From positions 3,782,001 through 3,846,000 of the forward strand of contig JAYWIR010000016.1 in assembly GCA_036172245.1 (NCBI GenBank): DNA of 64,000 nucleotides, read 5' to 3'. Under the pieces are notes generated by a model. It worked only from the letters and a program-made list of their open reading frames with translations, was not told where the DNA came from and did no database searches. Below, piece by piece: positions 1 to 12,400 of the stretch. Made by a program: the position numbers and the translations under genes. Source of the DNA: Raillietiella orientalis (Eukaryota). The stretch's first letter is position 1. Each line of letters begins with the position of its first letter.

Positions 1-639
1 GGGAGGAGGCGATCCCATTACTCCAGGGTTACATTTTGCGTACTGTCGAGCTGTGCTCGGGCTGTGCCCAGAGGCGCGACTGGAACACTGCGCTACGCTG
101 CGTGCGAATCTCCCAAACAAGACGCGCGCGTTGTCCTCCGAAGGCACACGCGAGACGCTGCACGGTTTATTCCGGGAGAAGGTACGCGCGCGTGCGAGGT
201 CGCCCATACTCTCTGGACGCGGGCGCGGTGTGGTGTCTACCACCAGGATTCCCGTGTCGGATGACCGCAGCATCGAACCCGCCTGGCAACGTAAAGGCAT
301 TAAGAAAAGAAAAGAAAGAAAAAAAAAAGGTGCTCCTTCCGGTGCCGCGTGCTCTCGTAAGTGGAGGACGCGAAACCGATCCGGTTTCCGATCTGTAGAA
401 GACGCACGTGCCGGGGAGCTCGTTTCCCTGGAGGAACGCGCTCTTCCATCTAGCGGGCATTTCGCAAACTGGAACCAGCCGCGTTTTTTCTGCGCCGTGT
501 CTCGGTGCCCCCGCTGCCCTTCGAAGCCGGGATCCTCGGGTGGCTCAGCCGCCCTTGAGGGAGTTCTCCAAGGTGGGGAACTTCACGAGTTCCGAAACCC
601 GCGGAAATTCGGAGCCGAATCACCGCTCCCTAGCATTAC

Positions 640-769
640 CTCTCTTCCCGCCTGGTTGTTGTGGAGGTTCATCAGGCTTCGGGCTCTGGACGCCTGCTGC
701 TTCAGCCGCTGGTTGTCGGGGGCATCGATGAACTCCCGCGCGAAGCGGATGCCGTACCGGATGTTGTCG
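640..769 (-). CDS. Wnt16: Wnt (Wnt16-like) coding exon 4; the gene continues beyond the window start
   Basis: Acceptor ttccag. Encodes (S)[43 protein letters not shown] with the Wnt MNLHNNxAGR motif. Donor GAG|gtaatg. The CKCHG exon was not found in 1-639. Confidence 0.95.
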
Positions 770-2482
770 CTGGAAGCACACCGCCATCATCCCCCGCGTG
801 CCCCTCAAAGCGTGCCTCTGGACCTCGGCGGATCTACGCGGCGCCCAAAGCTGCCGCCGAGCCCGGGTCTCGCGGTGGGAGAGCGCGCGGGACTTTCCAG
901 GAGGGCGCCCTTTTGCACCTGAAGCCAGCGTGCCGAACGTCGGGAGCGGCTGTTTGGCCCGGACGCCCGCAGCGCATCCTCCACCGCCGCCTCCATCTGC
1001 TTTCTGCGGTGCCAAGACGGCGCTGAGCCACTATGTAGGCGAGGGGCGAGGGAGGGATGGTGCTGACGTGTCGCTTGCGCTCCTTCCCCTCCGACCCCCT
1101 TTCCCTGGAGCTGCATCGGCTCGCGTCCGGTGAGGCTCTCAACGGGCGCCGCAGCCGTCCTCTCCGTTTCTCTTCGCTCGCTTCTGGTAGCTTCCTGCCT
1201 CCCTCACACCTTGCCGAAGTCCTCGGGGGTCCGGGTCGCGTGAGAGTACTCGGGAGAGGCGAACCGTCCCCGACATCGCGCGCGTCCCATCGGCCGAAGA
1301 AGTCCCTTCGTGGGAGGAGGAGGGATTGATGCTACGCGCTCTTGGCGCGCCCGGACGCCGAAGAAACCCTTCGGCCTTCCCCGTGGAGAGGGGATGGGGA
1401 TGGTGCCTAGACCAAGCCTTCCTGCTTCTCCCTTCGTACCCCTTTTTCCTCCCTTCGCTCACCCACACTCCGCCCCCCTCTTCGCAAAACCCTAAGAAAG
1501 AGAGGAAGAAGGCGGGGCAGTCCTCGGAAGGCGTGCCCAGGCACTTTGGTGCCCGGAAGAAGGAGCAGGAAGAGACTCCCTCAATCTCGTCGTCCCAGGT
1601 GCAGTTGGCGGCCCGCTTTCCCTCTAGGGGTGTCCGTCCCCTCGTTTGGACCCGCTCCCCTTCGAACGGGAAGGGGAGCAGGCGGACAGTTCCGAACGGT
1701 CTGTGATGTCCTCACCCGAGGGTGGGGCTGGAGGGTACCTCCCGAAGCTGTGGACTCCCTTCGCTCCGTTCCATCTGCAACTCGCGGCCTCCTTGCTGGG
1801 CGCTCAGGGCATCCGCGCGTCTCCATCCCGTCTGCTCCCTCCATCTAGCGGCGTGGCGAAAATGAGTGCGAGTTCGCCTCGGTTCCCCTCGGCGTCGTCT
1901 CGACCAGCCGCGCGTACCGAGGGAAGGAACTGCCTACCGCTCTCTCTCGCTACCCCTCTCTCCCCGTCCGACTGTTCCTCCTCTGAGTGGGGAAGAGGCA
2001 GGGTAGGAGGTCGCATCCGCGGTAGGGGGGAAGGAACCGCCGTCGTCCCAGGTGGAGGGTGGGTCCCCTCCTCTCCCTAGGGCTAGTCCATACCTTCGGG
2101 CGTGCCAGGAGGCTGCGCGAGGGGAGGCGGGAGGGGGAGGAGGAGAAGGAGATTGCCTGACTGGATGACCCGTACGCCCCAACTTCTTCGACTTCTCCTC
2201 CCTTTTCCCTCGAGCGCGCCCTCAGCGCGACGGGAGGGATGAAGGTGGGGACGGTCTGGAACTTTCCTCCTCCTCCACTCCGAAATAAAGGAACGCAAAG
2301 AAGGGAGCGAAGGAGGACGGAGGCAGCTCTTGCTTCGGGGTCAGGCTCCCTCCTGAGAAGCCTTCGCCGACTTGCAGCCACCCGGGTCGCGCCCGTGGCC
2401 TCAGGTGACCTCTTACGCACGCTCTCGGGACAGGGAGCTCAGGGGGGCGAAGCGGGATGGGGAGATCCCACCTTTCCATTAC

Positions 2483-2639
2483 CTACATCCTCCCCACTTC
2501 CACCCTTGCGGCGTGGTGAGTCCGTCTTTCATGTGGCCGCATCCACACTCGGTGAAGTTCCCGGAGCTGCATGCCTGGGTCACCGAGTGCACCACTCCAG
2601 AGCTGACCACTGCGTAGACGAAGGCCGTCTCTCTGTTAC
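2483..2639 (-). CDS. Wnt16: Wnt (Wnt16-like) coding exon 3
   Basis: Acceptor ctttctccgtag. Encodes (G)NRETAFVYAVVSSGVVHSVTQACSSGNFTECGCGHMKDGLTTPQGWKWGGC(S); the VHSVTxxCSxGNxTECxC segment is most like Wnt16 (from recall, not a search). Donor AG|gtaatg. Not in the ORF track. Confidence 0.95.
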
Positions 2640-3787
2640 CTACGGAGAAAGGGGCTGAGGAAGGGATCGCCGCTAGGAGAATTTCTTTGAGCGGCGGCCG
2701 CAGGAGAACCTCCGGCGAGACCGTCCGGGACCCACCGTAGCACCGGACGAGCCAATCAGAAACGCTCTGATCTCCGGAGGAAACTCGGGACGCTCCCCCG
2801 GGGACTCGTTTGTCGCCGCGGAGGGGAGGACCGAGGCTGCAGGAACCCTGACAAAGGGAGAGGAAGTGCCTCTCCTGCCCGTCTTCCCCCCTTCACCCCC
2901 CCGCTCGCCGAGGGCTGATCCGGGTCTCTTTCCGAAGTGACCGTCCCTCATTAAGGGAGGTCAGTGTACCCACTCTGGTGAGAAGGTGCGGAGAGAAATT
3001 CCTCTCTCCCCCACCCCCCATCTCCAGTATCTCCTAGGCAACAGTTGCCTGACCTGGACCCTCTTGGAGTCGGAAACGCTCCCAGCGGCCGGTCCATACC
3101 AAGGGCGAGGGGCATGCAGTGCACGGGGTCTCTGATGGAGGCTCCCGGAGGAAGGAACAGGCCCTATCCGCCACGAGCCCCCTCCTGCGGCGACTTGTTC
3201 CCCGGAACGTTCGCTCGCGCGTGCGCGTATGCGCAGGTGGAAGGACGCGACCACCCTCGGCTCTCGAGCGACGCTCGCAGCGCACGCGAGCGCCAGCGCC
3301 CTGCTGCCGACGCGCGCTCGACCCTCAGTTGCCATGCTGTCCGCGAGAGTGTACTGCACTCCGCACCGATGCGGCGTATCCGACCGCTGCTGGAGCGAAC
3401 TACTCCCTGCTCTTTGCTTCCCCGAGGGGAAGGGTGGATGGGTGAGGCAGCTCCCGACGGTTCGGAAGGGTCAGGCGCCGACCCGTTGGAAGTCGTTTGC
3501 GTGGATAGAGTGGAACGCGCAAAGGGGAGGGAAGGGAGGGGAGAGTCGCCTGTCCCCTCCCCGGTTCCTTGCATACGTTTCGCGCCCCCTTTCTCCTCCT
3601 CCGTCCTTTCCCCCTTGCGCGCCACTTTTCCTTTCGCCTTCCCTCTTCCCCTGAAGGTCTCCCACCTCTCCCAGATGAACGAGGATTGAAGTTCCCTGAG
3701 GAGAGCTACCGACCGCCGCCTCTCGCCTGGCCCCTTGCGGGCGGGGAGAGGTATTCCTCCACCAGGGGGCAGCCGCGAGCCACCTAC

Positions 3788-4032
3788 CTCTCTGAAGCGT
3801 GTAGCTGAGGACGTTGCCCTCGGCGAAGGTGGTGCAGTTCCACCTCTCGTTGCGGAACTGGTACTGGCACTCCAGGATGCCCTTCCGGGCCCCCTCCGAG
3901 ACGGCCCTCATGCTGCCGGGGTGGGTCGCGCACAGCCTGACCTGCTCGGAGACCAGGCCGGACAGCGACCGGCACAGCGCCTCGGCGTCCTCTCCGGTGC
4001 CCGCGTTGGAGATCCCCTCCATCCCCAGGGGT
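3788..4032 (-). CDS. Wnt16: Wnt (Wnt16-like) coding exon 2
   Basis: Pyrimidine tract plus cag acceptor. Encodes PLGMEGISNAGTGEDAEALCRSLSGLVSEQVRLCATHPGSMRAVSEGARKGILECQYQFRNERWNCTTFAEGNVLSYTLQR, containing the Wnt ECQxQFRxERWNC motif. Donor G|gtaggt. Confidence 0.95.
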
Positions 4033-5668
4033 CTGATCAGGGAACAAGGAAGAGATCAGACGCTGTTGCCGCGGTCCTCTGTCCGCCTGCGAGCGGCTGG
4101 GATGGGACCCGGTGGGAGGGAAGGGGTAAGGGGAGCGCGCTGGTGATGGCCGGCGGTCCGCCCCCGCTCAGAATCCGGGAACTTCCGGGACCGGCCAGCT
4201 GCCTCCCGAGGGTCCGACCTGTGGCGGGAGGACGCTAGGGATCCTCCCCCCTCCCCCTCCCCGCCTCGTGAGGGTGGCGCCCCGCAGCGGTGGGGTCCCT
4301 GTCTGGGCAACGCCGCCTACGCGACCTTGGCCGCCAAGACAGCCGTCGAGTCGCGCGCGGCCACCGGCAGGGAGGGTCCCTGGGCGCCTTTCCGGGGAAT
4401 CAAGGGAGCGGTCATCGAATGTGCCCCCTTTCTTCCGCCTTAGGGCGACCCCCGGAGCTTCCCTCTTCCCCCGCCAGAGCTCCCCAGAGGGTGAAACGGT
4501 CCACCCTCTCCTTCTCTCCTCCTCTACGTGGAAAAAGGAGCAGCGAACCCCCCTTGCGCCCCACGCACCCCGGATCGCTTGGGGGACTCGATGAGTAGAC
4601 CTTTGCCCTCCTCCTCCGAGTGCGAGGAATGCCGACCCGGGAAGACGGGAGGGGCGGGAGCGTGTCTATCCTGGACCGCGGGCTCCCGGAAACCGGCGGC
4701 CTCGCCCTCGGTCTCTCCGTCCCTTTCTCGAGCGGGGCGCCTTCTCGTCATCTCCCAGGAGACGGGCGAAGCTCAGGGGGAGACTGGGTTGCTCACGGGG
4801 AGGAGGGGCCACGCTCTGTCCGCAGCGGTGACACCAGGGGGGGAGAGCAAGGCGTTCCTGGAGACAGGGAGTCCATAAAACGCCCCGTCACAGGTCGGGC
4901 GCTCCTCGAGCGACCCGGGCAGGGTGCTGGGTCCTGGCGCGGAGTGGGGGAGGGGGAAGAAGGAAGGACGGGCGCTATGCGGGCGGGGACGCTGGGAGAG
5001 GAGGAAGGGGATGATGCCAGATGCTGGGAAGGGGGGGGGAGTGCACCCACGGAAAGTCCGCCACCAACTCCGCCGCGTAGCCCTTATGTGCGGTGCCACC
5101 CGGCAAGGGACGGCGCGGAAAGGCGGCGGCAGCGACGGGCGGCAGGAAGAGGAGGGGAGGCAGAGGAGGCGGGGGGGGGGGGAAGTGCGGCTGACAGCCG
5201 ATGACAGGCTGCGAGCGCGGCGGGGGCCGCGGGACAAAGGGGCCCGCGACGCGTCACCACCGCACTGATTTACGCGCGCGCGGGCGCGGTCCGCGCGCTA
5301 AAAGGCCATTAGGGCTCACTCCCCGGGGCCGTTTCCCCTCCTCCCCTCTTTTTTTTCCCTCCACGTCTCGGGCGCGGGGCTGGGCGACCGGGTGGTAGAG
5401 GCTCCCGCCCCCCCGTCCCTGCTTTCCGAGAGTCCGCCGCGTCGTTTGCCTTCCCTGGGGAACGGGCGAGGGAGGGTGCGGATGCATCCTCGCCCACCCG
5501 CGCGCCGCGCGTCGTGGGGGGTCCCTCCCGCGCGCGCGGCGGGAGGACAGAAAGCGCGCGCGCCGAGAGGAGGGACACAGGGGGTAGGCGGGCGCGAGAA
5601 AGGGGGGCCGACAACAACAGCAATAATAACAACGAGAACAAAAAAGCAACAAACAAAATGGAGCTTAC

Positions 5669-5808
5669 ATCCAGTTGGTGGTGGACGCCGCCGATCGGCG
5701 AGCCAACAGCGCCGCCGCCGCTGGCGCCAGCAGGAGGAGGAGGAGGAGGAGGCTGCAAGCCGACGGACGGAGGAGCGCCGCCGCCGCCGCCGCCGCTCCG
5801 CACGCCAT
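5669..5808 (-). CDS. Wnt16: Wnt (Wnt16-like) coding exon 1, signal peptide
   Basis: ATG at 5808 gives MACGAAAAAAALLRPSACSLLLLLLLLAPAAAALLARRSAASTTNW, a hydrophobic signal peptide ending in the NW typical of Wnt exon 1. Donor AT|gtaagc (phase 2) joins the next exon in frame. Confidence 0.85.
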
Positions 5809-6749
5809 CCGCGTGCCCGCCGCCGTCGGTCCACTGCCGTCTTCTCGGCCGCCTCGCCCCGCCTTCCCCTCGCCGCAGCCTCCGCAGCCGCCGCTGCATC
5901 CCCCCTCGGTTTCAGCCTGCCTCACTGCCGGGGTCACACGCACGCGCGCGCACGGCGAGGACGGGCAGCGGCGTGGCTGCGCGTGCGGGAGGGAGGGAAG
6001 CGCCGCCGCCGCCAGGGAAGGGAAAGAAGGGGGGCGCGCACCCTCCCCCCGCGCGCAGGCGCCTCCACCCGGCGGCCCGCTGGAACTTCCAGGACGCAGA
6101 GAAGCCGCGCACGTGCGGGAGATGGCTCGCTGCTGGCGGCGTCACCAACCAGGCGGGTCCACGAAAACGAGCAGCTCGCTTCCATGACGATTTCCTCCAT
6201 CCCTCTCTTCCTCCTTCCTCCCCCCCCCCCTTCCCCGAGCCGGCCGGCGCGAAGGGACGCCGGCCGCGGGAGACGCTGCGCGTCGGGACCTGCCGCCTCC
6301 CTCCCCGAGCTCTGAGGAAGACCTTGGGAGTCTCCGGCGCGTGCTGCCCCGTTTCCAGAAGGAGCAGGGGAGGGGCAGGTCTTCACGTGCCGCCTCTTTG
6401 CTCATCCCCCGCCCTGCGTGCCCTCCGTTCATCCCGGAGCCGTTGCGCCGCTCTGATGGCTGTCGGGGATTTTGCCGAAGGGCTCCTGAGGTAGCCCCAG
6501 GAGAAGCAGCGGCACCCCCCCTCCCTTTTTTTTTCTGGTTCGCCGAGTACCTCAAGAACCGTCTCGCTCCTGGCGGCGGCTCACGCAGCTCCTTGACGCT
6601 GTTCCACGCCACCCAAAGGTTTGCGCGGAACCCTTCAAGATAGGGGGTACCCCGGGGAGGGAGGGCCACCCTATGAATCCAGGAATGGCTCCGGAGAAGG
6701 GGAGTCAGTTCCTCCCACGCCTATTGAGGATCCCCGAAGGGAATCTCCT

Positions 6750-7900
6750 CCCTTATCCTCTCCGGAGGGACCCCCGGAGGATCTGCTCCATTGTTTTCTT
6801 CGCTGGAGGGAACCTGCAAAGGAACCGCTCCTTTTTTCCTCAGAAAACCCCGAAGGGGCGCTTCCCAGTTTTCTGAGAAGGACGCTCCCCGAAGGGAGTG
6901 GCACGTTTCTTTGCACTCTGGAGAGACATCAATCCACCAGCTCCATGGTACGAGATGGAGGGGCCTCCATGAAGGGGGATCCGCTCCTTTGCACAACCGG
7001 AGGGGAACTCCGAATCGAACTCCCACTCCTTGATTCTGCTTCCTGGAAGGCATCCCAGAGGGTCGACTCCCAATCCAGGCCACTCATCGAGGTCATCCGG
7101 TTTGAACTGCTACCGGTGCCGCCCCCGAAGCCAACCGAGGTCAACTAGTGTCACCTCGTAGAAGGTTCTCGAACCCACGACGCTCCTCCCCGTCCTCTCC
7201 ATTTCTCTGGTGTCGATACTTTCCAGAGCGGGATTCGAACCCGCGATGCTTGGTGGTGCCACACATGGAGACGGTGACCGCATGGCCTCCGACGCGCTCC
7301 ATGTGGTTACGAGGAGGAGCGTTCTGAGGAGGATAGGGGGGGAGGAGTGGGGTGGCACTGACTTCTCCCCCCGCCCACGGACGTGCGTCTGTGCAGCGGA
7401 TCAGGTCGCGTAGGAATGTCGGGGTAGATCCTATGGGGAAGAAGCAGGAAGCTCATGGGGTTCCTGGAGAGGCCCTTCCGAGGAGAAATCTTCCCCAGTA
7501 CTCCCTTGGCATGAAGGGGAGGGGCAATCTCTCCGTCGTCTTATCTGTGAAGGCTACGTCTCGGAGTCGCCGCTATCTCCCCGGGGAATCCGGCAATCCC
7601 AGATCCTCCGGGGAGAGGTCGCATCTCTCCTGGACGAAGCGGGGCGCCTGGTTAGGTGCCTCTTGCCCCCAGTAGACCTGCAATACCCGAAGGGTCACCC
7701 CCAGCCAAGGAGATGCAAGCAGCATCCAGAAGGCCGACGAAAAAAGGGCCACCGGTGGACGTGGGAGGAGCTTCCTCCCTCGTAAGCGCTCCTGTGGCCG
7801 TGTGGGGACGGGCGGGGGAGGTGGACAGAATGTGAAGACACCGACCGACCCCGACTCCCTCATGAACGGTCCTCCGCCCACGTAGCAGACGGGGGCTGTT
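6750..7900 (-). pseudogene. Degenerate NACHT-like gene, winged-helix region
   Basis: WGRFLLGRAS (7468-7497) followed by FLRDLIRCTDA (7384-7416) parallels VFLLGRLAF...LWR*VLKCKDA in the 58.8 kb relic. Confidence 0.38.
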
Positions 7901-8549
7901 CGCGTGCGCCCCGGGGATTTCCAGCTCACACCGCGTACCGGAATCCCATCCGGGAACAGGCGTTCGACTCCCGGAATGCAGCGGCTACGTCGGACTGCGA
8001 GAGTGAGACGGCCTCCACTTTCCAGCCTCCCGTTTCTGCTCCTGGAATCTCCAGCCTCTTTCTGTCCCTTCCGGGAGCGCACTCCCCTTCTCGATCGACC
8101 CCGGGGCGGCGGATGCGAGGGTGGGTCCAGGGATGAAGGGCGGCAGGCAACACCCAAACCTGCCGCCGCCACGTCCGCGTGCACAGAGGTCGCGAGCGTC
8201 CCGCCGGGTCCGGCTCCACCCGCGCTCACGCGTGTGCAAGAGAGGAGTTCAAGGGCGGGGGACTGTGGGCCAGCAAGGTGTTTGTGTGTGGGAGACGTGC
8301 CAGAAGGGAGAAAGTGAAGGGGGCTGAAAGGACCGCGGATGGTTTTGGGGCGCGCCTGCGGCGGCGCGGCACCTTTTCTTCGTCAGCCCCGCTCGGTTCA
8401 GCGTAAGGAACGGAGAATTGGGTGCGAGCCAGAGGGAAGAGGAAGATAGGAAGAGGAGGGGGTGCAGTCGCAGGTTCCCAGAGCCGCCCGGACGAAGTCC
8501 AGGACGGTGCGGAGTGCGGACCTCGCAGCCGCACGCCGCCTCGAGCGTG

Positions 8550-10500
8550 CAAGGAAGACCGGTTGCAAGCAGCTCCCTCGGGAACCGGGCGGGCGAGTCG
8601 CGTGCTCTCAGACGAGTGCGCTCGCGGACGCCGCGCGAAGCGCCACGCCAGTGACGTCACTCTTGGCGTCATCCCCCTCGCCGCGCTGCTTGAAGGAGAC
8701 CGCTCTGTCAACGCGAGGTCGAGAGAGTCTTCCGACTCTCAGCTGACCATCTCCACCACCAAACTGCGGAAAAGCCATCTCGCCCTTTCGGAGCGGCTGA
8801 CCTGACGGCTGACGCGTGCTCCGCCCCTGCCATTCCCCTGAGAGAGCGCCGCGAGCGAGCGTCAGAAGCCCGAGAGAGAGAGGGCATGCCACTACCTCCC
8901 TCCTTACCCCCTCCCCTTTCCTCCATCCTTCCCGACTCCCGTTGCGATCCAGAAGGGAGGAGGGGTCGCATTCCCGGGGGTCCGAGGACGCGCGAGTTCG
9001 TCGCCGAGGCAACGCTCGCGCGCACCTCCGCGGGAGGCTTTTCGGCGGTCTGCCTGTGAGGCGCCGGCGCGAACTTCCCGGCAGCCCAGTGGCGCCGGCC
9101 GCGAGGCGTCGGCGTCAGGGTCGGGCGGCGGAGAGGGAAGCGGCAGGCACCCTTGGATTGAGGTTGAGCCGCCTCTCGGGTTTCCGCGTCACGTCGCGTG
9201 GGCGAGCTGCGCGCCCGCCGGGTCTTGCGCCCTCCGCCGTCCCAGCGAGAGTACGCGCGCGTTCTGGAGCGCAGCTCCCTCCTCCCTACGCCTCCCGGAC
9301 AGAGCGGGTGCCTGCCTCCCTACCCGCCCGCCGGACGAGCGGTCGCGTTCCGCATCTGCCGCCATCGCACGGAGCAACGCACGGCTGTTTACGGCGGCTT
9401 GAAAAGCCGTCTCTTTCCTCCCCTCGCGGAGGATTCGCTCCCGGAAGGGAGCATCCCCTCGTCTCCCCGCAAATCTCCTGCAATCTCCCTCTCTCATCCT
9501 CAACGAGATGGAGGGAGGCCGCAGCTTCCGGACCGCCGTGCGTAGACGGAAAGCCGTCGGAGCGCCCTCGGAGCAGCACCCACCGCCTCGCCCCGGTCGC
9601 TCCTCCCGTAGTCATTCCGCCTTTGCGGAGGCCCCGGTCCGTAGCTCTCCCTTCCCCCCCGTAGTTCCTTCTCCCTCCCTGTCCTCCAGCTGGCATCGCC
9701 CGCGGGCAACCCGGAGGGCAGGAACGCGCGGCGCTCCAAAGTGATACGGGGGGTTGCTGCGGCGGTCCGGGGATCAGGCGCGGTAGGAGAGAAAGAGGGA
9801 GGGGAGGGGAGGTCATCGAGATGCAGGCGGCTCTCTCTCGTCCTCTGGGGGGCCGCTCGGACGCGCTGCTCGTCGGTCTGGACGCTACACGCCACCCCCA
9901 CGGACGTCACTGCGGGGGCGGACCAAGGGAATCCGACGCTACCGAGGAGGCTCCGCCGCAAACCCCTGGGTCCGGGGCAAGCGCCGTCCGCCGCGAGGAG
10001 CTCCCATCGCTCGTGCTCGTGGCCAGCCTGGAGGTCTCCAGCCTGGAGGTCCGGGGTCAGTCAAGCAATCCCCGGGGCAGGTGGTGGAAGTGGGACCCGA
10101 CGGCTCCACCGCGAGCAAACCTGGGGCCGGGGCAGGGAGGGAACCGGGCCTCTGCCTGGTGGCGATTCGGGCCACCCATACCCGAGGGCGGAGTCGGCAG
10201 ACCCCATCGCATTCTGCTGTTCTCCGGAGGTGCGAACTCCACCAGCGGGCTGCCTTCACTCTCAGAAGGGTCGGCGCGGGAGCTGCTGGGATCATGGCGA
10301 GCACCCACGGCCCGGATTCCTCCCAGCCTCCTCCCCCTCTCAACGCCGGCTCATGCGTTTTCAAGGAGTCAAGGAGTTCTTTTCGCCTGCGGCTCAGCCC
10401 GGCTCGCTACCCTGTCGCAGAGACTTCGACCCGCAGGTGGCGGATGGTCAACAAGACGTGGACGAGCGTGGGAGGGCGGCTCGCCTGGCGGGGCCTCTTC
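8550..10500 (+). pseudogene. Degenerate NACHT-like gene
   Basis: LQAAPSGTGR (~8563), GVIPLAALL, FRVTSRG (~9182) and MRFQGVKEFFSPAA (~10353-10394; similar to FHRVKDYFTGAA at 39.3 kb). Confidence 0.33.
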
Positions 10501-11936
10501 CTTGCCCTCTGCACCACCGTCTCTCTCTCGTGCTCATCCTTCTGCCGCGGTGATCATGGAAACCGGCCCGCGATGCTTCTTGCCTGTCTGGTTCCCGGCG
10601 CAGAGACCACCGCTGCCCCTTTCGCGGGGAAGGATCTCTCTAGGTGTTCCGGAAGGAGTCCTCCTATCTTTTCCCGGGCCCTTCCAAAAGTGTTGATTCC
10701 TCCCCCCTCCCTCCCCGCTCCCGTAGGACAATGCGCACTCAGAGGGCTTGCCGTTCGCATCTCCGGGTACGTCGCTCTCGGGGGCGGGAGACGGGAGCGT
10801 CTCTCCCGTACGTTCTGGGAGAACCCTCGGGGTCTCGAGCAACGGTCTTCACCTGAGACAGAGTCAGTCCGTCTGCAAGGACGACGACGGGAAGGGTCTT
10901 TCGTCCCGACGTCTGAATTAGCGCCCCTGGGACTTCGAGACGACTCGGAGGGACGCAGGTAGCACGCGGTAGGGATGGGAAACCGAAAGGAGGGCGGCAA
11001 GGAGTGACAGTGGTTGGAGGGGGAGGGAGGGGAGCATCCGACCCCGCTACTGGAGCGGCGAAGCAGCTGAAATGTGGAGTCGGGGTTGGATGGAAGGTCC
11101 ACCTTCCCACCGAAGGAGAATCCTTGCGAGGTAGGGGGGAGGGAGCGGAAAGGGGAGTTGAACCGAGTTTCGTGCTTCCTGCGATTTGATTGGCCTGCGC
11201 GCCACCGAGGGTCTTCGGACTGCCGGGAGGACCGCTGCGGAAGGGGAAGGGAAGGGGGGGAGGGAGGCAAACACGCTCTCGCGCTTCCCCAGAACGGCGT
11301 TGGGAGGGATCGAGGAGCCTTCCAGGAGGATTCCCTTTAGACAGGGCGCTCCCAGCCCCTCTACTAGTTCAGTCGGAAGGGATGGCAACCGGAGGCTGCG
11401 GGGGCGGACCAAGGGCATCCGTGGGAGGATACCTCCCGGAATGCCACAGAGGAGGAGGACGGGAGGCTCCCGTCCGTCGAAAATTTCCTCTTCCGAGGCG
11501 TCTTTGCGGCTAGACGCGCGTCCACCTGCACGGGTGGTGGGATTCCGCGCTCCCAGGAGAGTTGCCAACTTCCCAGAGGGATGCGAGGAAAACTCCCCCT
11601 GCCCCCATTCTTGAAGAAAAAAAGAAAAAAAAAGGGAGGGAGGACGTAGGGGAACTGCTCGTTGTGCGCGTGGGGACGGCGGCAGCCCCCGCGAGCGAAT
11701 TCCTCCCGGAGGCTGTCGCGTCCGTGTCATCCAGGCTGCCAGGTAACGACACGCTAATTTCAGGTCTCTGCGGGGCGGATGCTGCAGGTCTTTCTCCAGG
11801 GCCTCCTGAGGTCGTGGAGCAGCGGCCGTCTCTCTCGGCTTTGGTGCGGGGGATGCTGGCCAGAAGCGCACTCACCCCTCCCCCTCTCCCGGACACGAAG
11901 CGCACTCAACCCTCCCCTCTCACGCGCGCCTGAGCG

Positions 11937-12400
11937 ATGAAGGGTGCCGCGCTTTTCTGGGAGGGTTTCACTGCCGACTCCGGAGCGGGCAGGGATCTAT
12001 GGCGCTCCGCAGCCTCGGCCCTCACTCGCCTCCGGGACGCGAGTCGCGTGAATGATGCGACCACCAAAGCGATCCCCAAGGGGAACGGCCCTCCGGGGCG
12101 TTTCCTAGATCTTCCATCTTCGCAACGCCCCATTTCGCCCTTCCTTGCCACCAACACGATCTCCCGGACAGGAGTCACCTACCCGCTCCCTTACCCGCTG
12201 AGAAGCCTCCGCGACCCTTCAATCGGCTTCGGCTATTTTGGGCAGGTCACCCGTCCTTTTCTCCAGATCGACGGGGCAGGGGAGGAGCGCCGTACCGTCC
12301 GAGCATCTTCATTCGGGGGTGGGTGGAGGTGCAAGAAGGAGCGAGCCAAGGACGTTCGTCTCAAGGGCGAAGGCCCGCCGACACTTTCACCGCCCAGGGG
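11937..12400 (+). pseudogene. Degenerate NACHT domain
   Basis: Same open frame: EGFTADSGAGR (Walker A remnant, ~11961-11993) and PFLQIDGAGEE (Walker B remnant, ~12255-12287) about 95 aa apart. Confidence 0.42.

Noticed and set aside
7222..7300. tRNA-like B box GGTTCGAATCCC on the minus strand (also ~41546-41560)
   Set aside because: No cloverleaf or convincing A box could be built; at most a chance match or SINE remnant.
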